From assembly GCA_035548055.1 (NCBI GenBank), contig DASZTL010000061.1, positions 26,827-90,826 on the forward strand: a DNA stretch of 64,000 nucleotides. The letters run 5' to 3'. A program made the translations under genes and the position numbers. The notes under the pieces are model-generated. The model was not told where the DNA came from, did no database searches, and saw only the letters and a program-made list of their open reading frames with translations. This DNA comes from Mycobacteriales bacterium (GTDB taxonomy: Bacteria; Actinomycetota; Actinomycetes; JAFAQI01). Below, one piece after another: positions 1-9,211 of this stretch (the stretch's first letter is position 1; every line of letters starts with the position of its first letter).

Positions 1-1
1 G

Positions 2-367
2 TTGGTCGCCGACGGGAACCTGCTCGCGGGTGGACACAACCGCCGGGTGCAGCGGGACAGCGCGATCCACCACGGCGAGACAAACGCGCTCGAGAACGCC
101 GGTCGTCAACCGGCGCGGGTCTATCGACGGTCGACGATGTACACCACGTTGTCACCGTGTGACATGTGCGCCGGCGCGATCCTGCTCTACGGCATCCCGC
201 GGGTGGTGATCGGCGAGAACGCGACATTCATGGGTTCCGAGGCACACCTTCGCAGCCGCGGCGTCGAGGTGGTGGTCGCCGACGACGAGGAGTGCAAGAC
301 GCTGATGCGGCAGTTCATCGCTGCCAACCCGGCGCTGTGGAACGAGGACATCGGGGAGGAAGGTTGA
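2..367 (+). CDS. Nucleoside/cytosine deaminase (zinc-dependent CDA fold), 5'-truncated by the window edge
   Basis: HGE (HxE) and PCDMC (PCxxC) zinc-binding motifs; directly upstream of upp, consistent with cytosine salvage. Confidence 0.85.
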   Translation: MVADGNLLAGGHNRRVQRDSAIHHGETNALENAGRQPARVYRRSTMYTTLSPCDMCAGAILLYGIPRVVIGENATFMGSEAHLRSRGVEVVVADDEECKTLMRQFIAANPALWNEDIGEEG

Positions 368-371
368 GCCG

Positions 372-1019
372 GTGAAGATCACCGTGGTCGACCACCCCGT
401 AGTCGCCGCAAAGCTGAGCACCTTGCGGGACGAATCGACCCCTGCACCGGTGTTTCGGCGGCTGGTCGACGACCTCGTCACGCTTCTCGCCTACGAGGCG
501 ACGCGATCCGTGTCGGTCGAGCCGATGCCGATCACCACACCGTTGGCGGTCACGGAAGGGGTGCGGCTCACCATGCCGCCGCCGCTCGTCGTCCCGGTGC
601 TGCGAGCCGGTGTCGGCATGCTTGACGGCATGGTCCGCCTGCTGCCCGCCGCCGAGGTGGGATTCGCCGGCCTGGTCCGCGATGAACGGACAGCCCAGGC
701 CTCCTGGTACGCCGATCGGCTTCCCGAGGATGCCGCCGGCCGTGACGTGTTCGTGCTCGACCCGATGCTCGCGACCGGTGGGACGCTGGTTGCCGTCGTC
801 GAGGTGCTGCTCGCCCGTGGTGCCCGGACCGTCACGTGCGTCTGCCTGCTCGCGGCCCCGGAAGGCGTCGACCGGGTCGAGACGGCCTTCCCCGACGACA
901 CGGTTCGCCTCGTGGTCGCCGCAGTCGACGACCGCCTCGACGAGCGCTCCTACATCGTTCCGGGGCTCGGCGACGCCGGCGACCGGCTCTTCGGCAGCGC
1001 ACCCAGCACGAGCGGCTGA
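372..1019 (+). CDS. upp: Uracil phosphoribosyltransferase
   Basis: VVPVLRAG, VLDPMLATGGT (PRPP-binding loop) and YIVPGLGDAGDRLFG signatures. Confidence 0.96.
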   Translation: MKITVVDHPVVAAKLSTLRDESTPAPVFRRLVDDLVTLLAYEATRSVSVEPMPITTPLAVTEGVRLTMPPPLVVPVLRAGVGMLDGMVRLLPAAEVGFAGLVRDERTAQASWYADRLPEDAAGRDVFVLDPMLATGGTLVAVVEVLLARGARTVTCVCLLAAPEGVDRVETAFPDDTVRLVVAAVDDRLDERSYIVPGLGDAGDRLFGSAPSTSG

Positions 1020-1028
1020 GACGATGGA

Positions 1029-2213
1029 GTGGTGCGGTACCCGCTGTTCCTCGATCTGACCGGGCGACGTGTCGTCGTCGTCGGCGGCGGGCGGGTCGCT
1101 GCCCGCCGCTTGCCCGGCCTGCTCGCGGCCGGGGCGCGGGTGCTGGTGGTCGCGCCGGAGATCGCGCCCGATCTCGCCGCCCAGAGTGCGGACCTGGCCC
1201 GGCGCTCGTATGAGCCCCCCGACATCGACGGCGCCTGGTTGGTCTTCGCGTGCACCGACGACGCGGCCGTCAATGCCCGCGTCTCCGCGGACGCTGAGGA
1301 ACGTGGCATCTGGTGCGTGAGGGCGGACGACGCCAGCAGCTCCGCGGCGTGGCGACCGGCGGCCACAGCGATCGACGACCTCACGGTGGCCGTAAGTGCC
1401 GGGGGAGACCCGGGCCAAGCCGCAGAGCTTCGCGACCTGATCGAGAACGCGCTGCGCAGTGGGACGCTGGCCCCCCGTCGGCGGCGACCCGGGGAGGGTC
1501 GCGTGACCCTCGTCGGCGGCGGCCCGGGCGATCCGGATCTGATGACTCTCAAGGGCATGCGAGCGCTACAAGATGCCGACGTGATCGTCACCGACCGGCT
1601 CGGTCCGACGGGGTTGCTCGACGGGCTGCACGCCGAGATCGAGATCGTCGACGTCGGCAAGACTCCGGGGGGCCATGCTGCGGAGCAGGCCGACATCAAC
1701 GCTCTGCTGATCGAGCGAGCCCGAGCCGGTCAGCGAGTGGTCCGCCTCAAGGGTGGTGACCCGTTCGTGCTCGGCCGGGGGAGCGAGGAGGTCGACGCCT
1801 GCCTGGCTGGTGGCGTGGAGGTGGCGGTCGTTCCCGGGCTTACCAGCGCGACCGCGGCGGCGACCCTCGCCGGTATCGCCCTCACCGAGCGCGGCGTCAC
1901 GCAGCAGTTCGTCGTGGCGAGCGGCCATGTTCCGCCGGGCGACACGCGCTCGACCGTCGACTGGGCGTCGGTCGCGGCGGCCGACGCCACCCTGGTCCTC
2001 CTCATGGCGGTGGCGAACCTCGGCGCGATCGCGAACACACTCGTCGCGGGCGGTCGCGATCCGAAGACCGGTGCCGCAATCATCGAGAACGCATCGCTTC
2101 CCGCGCAGCGTGTAATCCGATGCAGGCTCGGGGAGCTTGCCGACGTCGCGCAGCGGCACGGCGTCGTACCACCGGCGGTCGTGATCGTCGGCGACGTCGT
2201 GCGCGTGGAGTAG
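1029..2213 (+). CDS. cysG: Siroheme synthase (precorrin-2 dehydrogenase/ferrochelatase fused to uroporphyrinogen-III C-methyltransferase)
   Basis: N-terminal YPLFLDLTGRRVVVVGGGRVA; C-terminal LVGGGPGDPDLMTLKG and VRLKGGDPFVLGRG. Confidence 0.9.
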   Translation: MVRYPLFLDLTGRRVVVVGGGRVAARRLPGLLAAGARVLVVAPEIAPDLAAQSADLARRSYEPPDIDGAWLVFACTDDAAVNARVSADAEERGIWCVRADDASSSAAWRPAATAIDDLTVAVSAGGDPGQAAELRDLIENALRSGTLAPRRRRPGEGRVTLVGGGPGDPDLMTLKGMRALQDADVIVTDRLGPTGLLDGLHAEIEIVDVGKTPGGHAAEQADINALLIERARAGQRVVRLKGGDPFVLGRGSEEVDACLAGGVEVAVVPGLTSATAAATLAGIALTERGVTQQFVVASGHVPPGDTRSTVDWASVAAADATLVLLMAVANLGAIANTLVAGGRDPKTGAAIIENASLPAQRVIRCRLGELADVAQRHGVVPPAVVIVGDVVRVE

Positions 2214-2434
2214 CCGGACGAAGGGCGCTAGCGGTACGAATCGGACCCCGGGCGATGCCGAACGGCCACGGGGGCAGCCGCCCGGCATCGCGTCCGAGAG
2301 CGTCGAGCGCCGGATCCCCCCGCAGATCGCGTGTCCGCTAGGCGCTGTTCACTAGCCTGCCAGGTTCGAAGGTGCGACGTCCATAGATAGCGTCGTCGTT
2401 GTTGATCTTCGTTGTGTCGAGAAGGGACGAAGTC

Positions 2435-2641
2435 GTGGCAGATCAGACATACGGCATCAGCGAGATCGTCGGGACGAGTCCCGACAGCCTCGACCAGGCG
2501 ATTCGCAACGGCGTTGCCAAGGCCGCGCAGACGGTCCGCAACCTCGACTGGTTCGAGGTGAGCAGCATCCGCGGCCAACTCGGTGAAGGTCAGGTCGCGC
2601 ACTTCCAGGTGCAGATGAAGGTCGGCTTCCGCATCGAGTAG
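2435..2641 (+). CDS. Dodecin (flavin-binding)
   Basis: YGISEIVGTS...AIRNGVAKAAQTVRNLDWFEV...HFQVQMKVGFRIE; GTG at 2435 follows GAAGGGA at 2421-2427. Confidence 0.9.
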   Translation: MADQTYGISEIVGTSPDSLDQAIRNGVAKAAQTVRNLDWFEVSSIRGQLGEGQVAHFQVQMKVGFRIE

Positions 2642-2651
2642 CGGTTGTCGG

Positions 2652-4040
2652 TCAGGACGCCTGGCTGACGGTGCTCATGTTGAAGTCGGCGACCCGCAAC
2701 GCGGGCATGCGGGTCCGGGTGAAGTAGTCGCCGAACTCGCGGGCAAGTGTCTCCTCGGTGCGTCCGGCTTCGACGATGCGCTTGAGCATCCCGACCGGAC
2801 TCTCGTTGAACCGGAAGTTGTTCACGGCGCCCACGACCTCGCCACCCTCGACGAGGAAGACCCCGTCGCGGGTCAGTCCGGTGAGCAGCAGGGTTTGCGG
2901 GTCGACCTCGCGGATGTACCAGAGGCAGGTCAGCAGCAGGCCACGCTCCGTCGTGGCAATCATGTCCGTCACACCACCGTCGGCGCCCGGCACGGTCATC
3001 TCGAGGTTGTCCACCCACGGCGTGAACGGCAGCCCGGTGAGCTTCGCGGAGTAGCGGGTCTGGATCAGCGAGGCCAGCTCGCCATCCCGGATCCACTCGG
3101 TCGGCGAGATCGGTGAACCGTTGTCGAACACCGACGACATCCGGCTCGACGCACCTGCGACCACAAAAGGCAGGCACTCCTGGCCCGGCATCGAGGGATC
3201 GCTGCGAAGTGAGAGCGGTACGTCGGCGAGGTGCTCGCCGACGCGGGTTCCGCCACCCGCGCGCGAGTAGACGGACTGACCCTCGTGGGCGTCGAGTGCG
3301 CCGGCACTCCAGTACGCGTTGATCATCATGTCGGCGACCGCTGAGGGCGGCAGGATCGTCTGGTAGCGGCCGGCGTCGAGCGAGACTCTCCGCTCGCCCC
3401 AGGCAAGGCGTCGGGCGACGTCGGACTCGATCGCGGCGAGGTCGAGCGCCGCGATGTCGGCGCTTCCCTTGCCGCTCCATGCCGAGCGCGACCCGTCCGA
3501 AGTGCGACCGGTCAGCTCGAGGCGCACTGCGGGCTGCGCGAAGCGCAGACGTGCGCCGGTCGACGTCCCCACGTAGACCGTGTCGATGGAATGTTCGGCG
3601 TACCCGTACCGGCCCTGGTTCGCCGCCCTCGCGGTCTGGAAGATCTCACCCAGCCACGACGCGATCCCGCCGAGTGCTGCCACCGGAGCCTCGACTGCGG
3701 CGTCGTCCCAGTCGGCGGACGTCCTGCCGTCTGGAAGCGGGGCGGCATCATCGGCGGCGGCGGACGTGCGGGCGGCGGCTTCGGCCTCGCGGACGAGCGC
3801 GTCGACCTCGTCGTGAGACGTGAGGTTGCGACTGACGGATGCTGCCTTGGTGCCGTCGGCGTCGTTCACCGTGGCGACGACCGTGACCTCGAGGGTCTGC
3901 GTCACACCGTTGGTGGTCAGTGTGTTGTTCGCCCAGCGCAGGTTCGTCGTCGCGGCGTGAGTGGCAATCGCGATGCAGCCATCGGCCTTGCTCGCGGTGA
4001 GAGCGCGGTCGACCGCCTCCTGCGGCCGGATGGTGGTCAC
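2652..4040 (-). CDS. TldE/PmbA-family metalloprotease subunit
   Basis: LLTGLTRDGVFLVEGGEVVGAVNNFRFNESP C-terminus; GTG start at 4040 overlaps the tldD stop. Confidence 0.85.
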   Translation of the reverse strand: MTTIRPQEAVDRALTASKADGCIAIATHAATTNLRWANNTLTTNGVTQTLEVTVVATVNDADGTKAASVSRNLTSHDEVDALVREAEAAARTSAAADDAAPLPDGRTSADWDDAAVEAPVAALGGIASWLGEIFQTARAANQGRYGYAEHSIDTVYVGTSTGARLRFAQPAVRLELTGRTSDGSRSAWSGKGSADIAALDLAAIESDVARRLAWGERRVSLDAGRYQTILPPSAVADMMINAYWSAGALDAHEGQSVYSRAGGGTRVGEHLADVPLSLRSDPSMPGQECLPFVVAGASSRMSSVFDNGSPISPTEWIRDGELASLIQTRYSAKLTGLPFTPWVDNLEMTVPGADGGVTDMIATTERGLLLTCLWYIREVDPQTLLLTGLTRDGVFLVEGGEVVGAVNNFRFNESPVGMLKRIVEAGRTEETLAREFGDYFTRTRMPALRVADFNMSTVSQAS

Positions 4041-5539
4041 CCGGCCTCCCTTGTGGCGTTGAGGATGTTGACCCTCGTGAACAACGCTGATGGGCAGCCG
4101 TGGCTGACGGCGGCGACCTGCCCGGGCTGGCCCTTGCCGCAGTTGAACGCGCCACCCAGCACGTAGGTCTGCGGTCCGCCGACCGCCGCCATCGAGTTCC
4201 AGAAGTCGGTGGTCATCGACTGGTACGCCGCGTCTCGCACCTGGCCCGCGATCTTGCCGCTCTTGATCCGGTAGAACCGCTGACCGGTGAACTGGAAGTT
4301 GTAGCGCTGCATGTCGATCGACCACGACTTGTCACCGACGACGTACAGCCCATCTTCGACGGCCCCGATCAGCTCGTCCGTGGACGGCCCGTTTTCCGCA
4401 GGTTGCAGTGACACGTTCGCCATGCGTTGAATCGGGACATGTAGCGGCGAGTCGGCGAACGCGCAGCCGTTCGACCTCGCGATCCCCGACAGTGCCGCCG
4501 TACGGCGATCGAGCTGGTAGCCGACAAGCGTCCCGTCCTTGACGAGATCCCAGGTCTGCGCCGCCACGCCTTCATCGTCGAACCCGACCGTTGCCAGGCC
4601 GTGTTCGGCCTGTCGATCGCCGGTGACGTGCATCAGATCGCTGCCGTAGCGCAGCGTGTTCAGCTTGTCCGGCGTGGCGAACGAGGTGCCCGCATAGTTG
4701 GCCTCGTAGCCCAGCGCGCGGTCGAGTTCCGTCGCATGCCCGATCGACTCGTGGATGGTCAGCCAGAGATTCGAAGGATCGACGACGAGGTCGTATCGAC
4801 CAGGCTCCACTGAGGGCGCCTGCGCCTTCTCGGCGAGCCACCCGGGCAGCTGCGCGAGCTCGTGATCCCAGGCGTAGCCGCCGGTCATGAACTCCCATCC
4901 GCGCCCGACCGGCGGGGCGATGGTGCGCATCGACTCGAAGCGACCGGTGGCCTCGTCCACCCAAAGCGCAGTCAGCTGACAGTGCAGTCGCACCCGCTGC
5001 TGCATGGTCACGGTGCCGGCGAGGTCGGCGAAGAACTTGTTCTCCCTCACCTGCTTGAGGCTGGCGTCGGCGTGCTTGACGATCTCAGCCGCCATGAGCC
5101 GGCTCGACCAGTCGGCGAGCAGCGCGATGCGGTCCGCCTCGGCGATCGTGAACGGGTCCACGTCGTACGCCGAGAGCCAGGTCTGCTCGCCGTGTGCCGG
5201 TTCGGGCGCGAGCTCGATGCGCTCACCCGTCACCGGCTTCGACACCTTGGCGACCTCGACGGCTCGGTCGACGAGGGCACGCGCCGCCTCAGGGTCGATG
5301 ACAGCCCCGCCGGCGAATCCCCAGGTGCCGTCGTGAACCACGCGAACCGCGAGCCCGCGCTCGTCGTTGTCGTGACTGGTTTCGAGCCGCGCGTCGTGCA
5401 GCGCGAGGTCCGCAGTGCGGATCCGCTCGACCCTCACGTCGGCGTGCTCGACGTTGAGCTCACGCGCTCGGTCGAGGACGGCGTCGGCAATCGCGTTGAG
5501 GGGGAGTGCGGTGAACTCGGGGTCGATCGAATGGGGCAT
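4037..5539 (-). CDS. tldD: TldD-family metalloprotease
   Basis: LTIHESIGHATELDR (HExxGH) and FNCGKGQPGQ...VSHGCP motifs. Confidence 0.92.
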   Translation of the reverse strand: MPHSIDPEFTALPLNAIADAVLDRARELNVEHADVRVERIRTADLALHDARLETSHDNDERGLAVRVVHDGTWGFAGGAVIDPEAARALVDRAVEVAKVSKPVTGERIELAPEPAHGEQTWLSAYDVDPFTIAEADRIALLADWSSRLMAAEIVKHADASLKQVRENKFFADLAGTVTMQQRVRLHCQLTALWVDEATGRFESMRTIAPPVGRGWEFMTGGYAWDHELAQLPGWLAEKAQAPSVEPGRYDLVVDPSNLWLTIHESIGHATELDRALGYEANYAGTSFATPDKLNTLRYGSDLMHVTGDRQAEHGLATVGFDDEGVAAQTWDLVKDGTLVGYQLDRRTAALSGIARSNGCAFADSPLHVPIQRMANVSLQPAENGPSTDELIGAVEDGLYVVGDKSWSIDMQRYNFQFTGQRFYRIKSGKIAGQVRDAAYQSMTTDFWNSMAAVGGPQTYVLGGAFNCGKGQPGQVAAVSHGCPSALFTRVNILNATREAG

Positions 5540-5587
5540 GTGTTGCTGCGTTCCCTCTCTCGGTCGCTGTCACCGGGCGCGCGGGAC

Positions 5588-6541
5588 CTACTTCGTGGGA
5601 TCGAGGACGAGCTTGCCCGTGGAACGGCGTGACCGAAGGTCCTCGTGCGCCTGCTTGGCTTCGGCCAGCGGATAGGTCGCGCCGACGATCGGCTTCAGCC
5701 GTCGCTCGGCGACCAGGTCCAGCATCTCTGCCATCGGCTCGTGGATCATCCCCGGCCGACCGATGCAGTTCGTGAGCCAGAATCCGATGACTGACCGGCT
5801 CCCGATCATCAGCGAGTTCGGCTCGACCGGCTTCGGCGCAACCCGTGAGGCCATCCCGAACGTCGCGATCCGCCCGAACGGCGCCAGCGCGGCAAGGCTG
5901 GCATCGAAGGCGTTGCCGCCCGACATCTCGAGCACGATGTCGACGCGTTCTCCGCCGTTCGCGTCGCGCAGCACCCGGGCGAGGTCGTCAGCGGCGCCGT
6001 CGACGGTCGCGTCCGCACCGAGCTGCTCGGCGAGCTCCCGCTTCTCCGGAGTGGAGGCGACTCCGATGACCCGCCCCGCGCCCCACAGCTTCGCGAGCTG
6101 GATCGCGAGTGTGCCGACACCGCCCGCCGCCGCGTGTACGACGACGGATTCGCCGTTGGTCATCCGCGTCGAGGTGCGCAGCAGGTGCCATGCGGTGAGG
6201 CCCTGCACCATCAAGGCGAGCGCCTCGCCATCGGTGACCGCTGTGGGTAGGGCGAAGCTGAGTGCGGCCGGCGCGAGCGCGTACTCGGCGTACCCGCCGG
6301 CTCCAACGATCGAGGCGACTCGGCGGCCGTCGCCCAGGGTGCCGACCGCCTCGCTGCCGGGGATGAGCGGCAGCTGCGTCGTCGACAGGTAGGAGTTCTC
6401 GGTCTGGTGGGTGTCGGCGTAGTTCACGCCGGCCCCCGACACCTTGATGACGTCGAAGCCGTCAGCGGCCGTCGGCTCCGGCAGGTCGACGAGCTGCAGA
6501 ACCTCGGGACCGCCGAACTCACTGATCTGAATCGCGCGCAC
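5588..6541 (-). CDS. NADPH:quinone oxidoreductase (MDR family)
   Basis: FGGPEVLQL, GVNYAD, VVHAAAGGVGTLAIQLAK, STGKLVL. Confidence 0.9.
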   Translation of the reverse strand: MRAIQISEFGGPEVLQLVDLPEPTAADGFDVIKVSGAGVNYADTHQTENSYLSTTQLPLIPGSEAVGTLGDGRRVASIVGAGGYAEYALAPAALSFALPTAVTDGEALALMVQGLTAWHLLRTSTRMTNGESVVVHAAAGGVGTLAIQLAKLWGAGRVIGVASTPEKRELAEQLGADATVDGAADDLARVLRDANGGERVDIVLEMSGGNAFDASLAALAPFGRIATFGMASRVAPKPVEPNSLMIGSRSVIGFWLTNCIGRPGMIHEPMAEMLDLVAERRLKPIVGATYPLAEAKQAHEDLRSRRSTGKLVLDPTK

Positions 6542-6579
6542 GTCCGAACCCTAGACGTATGGGTTCGCGACGGGTCCGG

Positions 6580-7083
6580 CTAGGAAGGGTCGGCCGGATC
6601 CTCGAAGGACGCGCTGAGCTGCGAAAGCTCGTGCAGGGGGTCAGGTCCGGCGTCGGGGAGCTGGAACGGCTTGGGCGGCGGCTTGAGGTCCGCGCGCGGG
6701 CAGTTCTCGAGGGTCAGGCCACCGAAGGCGAGCGCCTCGTTCGTCAGAGACTCGACGGTGACGCCTCGCTCGGTGCCCACCCGAGTCACGGAGACCCGGT
6801 AGATGGTGATCTCGTAGCGGGTCGGGGTGCCGTAGGCGATCTGGATGCTGCCGAGCAGCTCGGCGCTGCCCTGGGTGCGTTCGGGGCCGTCCCACGGCTT
6901 GTCGAAGCGGCGCCAGGTAGCGGGATCGGCCCACCACTCGCCGTCGAGACGTACGTCGCGCATGGCCATCTCGATGAGGATGTTGCGGGCAGCGTCTTCC
7001 GGCACGATCGCCGATGGGCGCAACACCTCGGTGATCGCGCCGTCGCCGAACGCCTCACTGACGAGGAGCTCGAGCTTGTCCAC
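6580..7083 (-). CDS. Hypothetical protein
   Basis: Balanced composition unlike the Arg/Pro-rich shadow ORFs; GGAG upstream of the start; no motif recognised. Confidence 0.7.
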   Translation of the reverse strand: MDKLELLVSEAFGDGAITEVLRPSAIVPEDAARNILIEMAMRDVRLDGEWWADPATWRRFDKPWDGPERTQGSAELLGSIQIAYGTPTRYEITIYRVSVTRVGTERGVTVESLTNEALAFGGLTLENCPRADLKPPPKPFQLPDAGPDPLHELSQLSASFEDPADPS

Positions 7084-7248
7084 GACTCCTACTTTCGAGC
7101 ACTCAGGGAACCGAGTGGCTCACTCCCACCCCGCTCGGCCACCTGAGCCGAGTCCGTTGCTACTCCATAAGCGTGACATGCCGTTGCCAATATGTCTCGA
7201 CCCCTCGGTAACTCTTTCCGTGCGTGTCGGCCTGGTTAGGCTCGATTC

Positions 7249-7524
7249 ATGGCGTATGCGGACACCGAATCCCGGGTTGACGAACGCCCGGACGTCCAAC
7301 CGACGCATCACGGCGACCACGAGCGATTCGCGCACTACGCCGACCGGGACAAGATCACCGAGGCGATGGTGACGGGGACGCCCGTCGTGGCGTTGTGCGG
7401 GAAGGTCTGGGTGCCCAGTCGCGATCCGAAGAAGTTTCCGGTCTGCCCCGAGTGCCAGCGGCTCTACGAGCTCGGGCCCGAAGGACGGATGCGGGAGTGG
7501 CAGGAGCGCGGCAGCGAGTCCTGA
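7249..7524 (+). CDS. DUF3039 domain protein
   Basis: GTPVVALCGKVWVPSRDPKKFPVCPECQRLYE; TAGGCT (7237-7242) lies 6 nt before the ATG (leaderless-type). Confidence 0.88.
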   Translation: MAYADTESRVDERPDVQPTHHGDHERFAHYADRDKITEAMVTGTPVVALCGKVWVPSRDPKKFPVCPECQRLYELGPEGRMREWQERGSES

Positions 7525-7555
7525 CATCCGGGCCGAGAGCGGGGATACTTGGAGC

Positions 7556-8317
7556 ATGGCTGAACTGCGGATCCCGTTGCCCCCGAAGTTCGACTCCCTC
7601 GAGGACGAGCGCCAGCATCGCAAACAGCGGCTTGCCGCCGGCTTCCGGTTGTTCTCGAAGTTCGGGTTCGAGGAGGGCGTCGCGGGCCACATCACCGCGC
7701 GTGACCCGATCGAGCCGAACACCTTCTGGGTGAATCCGTTCGCGGTGCCCTTCGCGCACGTGTCGGTGAGCAGCCTGATCCGGGTCAACGACACCGGACA
7801 GGTCGTGGAGGGCGACTACGCCGTCAACGAGGCCGCATTCTGCATCCACTCCCGCGTTCATGAGGCGCGGCCCGACGTGGTGGCCGCCGCGCACAGCCAC
7901 TCGACGTACGGTCGAGCGCTCTCAGCCTTGGGCGAGCTGCTCGAGCCGATCACGCAGGACGTGTGCGCGTTCTACGACGACCACTCGCTGTTCGACGACT
8001 ACACCGGCGTGGTCACGGATCTCGAGGAGGGCAAGCGGATCGCGCGCGCCCTCGGCGAGAACAAGGCAGTCATCCTTCGCAACCACGGCCTCCTCACCGC
8101 TGGAACGACGGTCGACTCGGCCGTGTGGTGGTTCATCACGATGGAGCGCTCCTGCCAGGTGCAGCTGCTCGCGAAGGCCGCCGGGAAGGTCGTGCACATC
8201 GACCTCGACCAGGCCAAGAAGACGCACGAGACGGTCGGCTCGGAGCTGGCCGGATGGTTCTCCTTCCAGCCGCTCTACGAGAAGATCGTGCGCGAGCAGC
8301 CCGACCTCCTCGACTGA
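7556..8317 (+). CDS. Class II aldolase/adducin family protein
   Basis: EGVAGHITARDP, AAAHSHS, ILRNHGLLT metal-binding motifs. Confidence 0.92.
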   Translation: MAELRIPLPPKFDSLEDERQHRKQRLAAGFRLFSKFGFEEGVAGHITARDPIEPNTFWVNPFAVPFAHVSVSSLIRVNDTGQVVEGDYAVNEAAFCIHSRVHEARPDVVAAAHSHSTYGRALSALGELLEPITQDVCAFYDDHSLFDDYTGVVTDLEEGKRIARALGENKAVILRNHGLLTAGTTVDSAVWWFITMERSCQVQLLAKAAGKVVHIDLDQAKKTHETVGSELAGWFSFQPLYEKIVREQPDLLD

Positions 8318-8323
8318 CGAAAG

Positions 8324-8367
8324 TTGTCCGGCTCTGCGCCGGCTATAGCCGGCTGAGCCTCGGACAA
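8324..8367. terminator. Hairpin after the aldolase stop (possible terminator or palindromic element)
   Basis: TTGTCCG (8324-8330) pairs with CGGACAA (8361-8367) around a perfect 16-bp palindrome GCCGGCTATAGCCGGC (8338-8353); no U-tract. Confidence 0.45.
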
Positions 8368-8375
8368 GTCTTGCG

Positions 8376-9179
8376 ATGGGAACCGTTTACGAGGTCGACG
8401 ACCCTGACGATCCGCGGCTTGCCGACTACCGGTCGCTGACCGACGTCGCGCTGCGGTCGTCGATCGAGGCGCCGCACGGTCTGTTCATCGCCGAGGGCGC
8501 ACTGGTCATCGAACGGGCACGGGCGGCTGGGTACTCACTGCGCTCCGCGTTGATGACGCCGGAGTGGCTGGAGCGTACGGCGCCGGTCCTGTCGAACTCT
8601 GATGCGCCGGTGTATCTCGGCTCCGATGCGACGCTGCGCGCTCTCACCGGCTTCCACGTCCATCGCGGCGCACTCGCCTCGGTCCAGCGCCAACCGCTTC
8701 GCACGCTGGGCGACGTCATCCGGTCGGCGCGTCGACTCGCCGTCATCGAGGACATGGTCAATCACACCAACCTCGGAGCGATCTTCCGGACGGCTGCGGC
8801 GCTGGGAGTCGACGGCGTGGTGATCTCACCCCGAGCCGCGGATCCGCTCTACCGGCGTTCGGTCCGGGTCTCGATGGGTGCGGTGTTCACGGTCCCGTAC
8901 GCGCGCGCCGAGACCTGGCCCGACGCCATAGACGAGGTCAAGGCTGCCGGCTTTCGGACGCTGGCGCTGACGCCGAGAGACGGCGCGCTCGACCTGGGAG
9001 AGGTCGCTGTCGACATCGATGACCGGCTCGCGATCGTCGTCGGGACGGAGGGCGAAGGTCTGTCCGACGAAGTCGCGGAACGTTGCGAGGTCGCCGTACG
9101 GATCCCGATGTCGGCGGGCATCGACTCGCTCAACGTGGCGACGGCGGCCGGGATCGCCTTCTGGGAGCTCCGGCGCTGA
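8376..9179 (+). CDS. TrmH/SpoU-family RNA methyltransferase
   Basis: NHTNLGAIFRTAAALG, VGTEGEGLS, RIPMSAGIDSLNVATAAGI. Confidence 0.93.
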   Translation: MGTVYEVDDPDDPRLADYRSLTDVALRSSIEAPHGLFIAEGALVIERARAAGYSLRSALMTPEWLERTAPVLSNSDAPVYLGSDATLRALTGFHVHRGALASVQRQPLRTLGDVIRSARRLAVIEDMVNHTNLGAIFRTAAALGVDGVVISPRAADPLYRRSVRVSMGAVFTVPYARAETWPDAIDEVKAAGFRTLALTPRDGALDLGEVAVDIDDRLAIVVGTEGEGLSDEVAERCEVAVRIPMSAGIDSLNVATAAGIAFWELRR

Positions 9180-9211
9180 CTACCACCTGGTCGGTCGGGA
9201 ATGCTTGACGG

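Noticed and set aside
2214-2434. FMN riboswitch upstream of dodecin
   Set aside because: The conserved FMN-riboswitch sequence blocks are not present
6545-6567. CGAACCC/GGGTTCG hairpin as a special element
   Set aside because: Short 7-bp stem overlapping the -10 (TAGGGT) of the quinone oxidoreductase; an ordinary terminator/promoter overlap is sufficient
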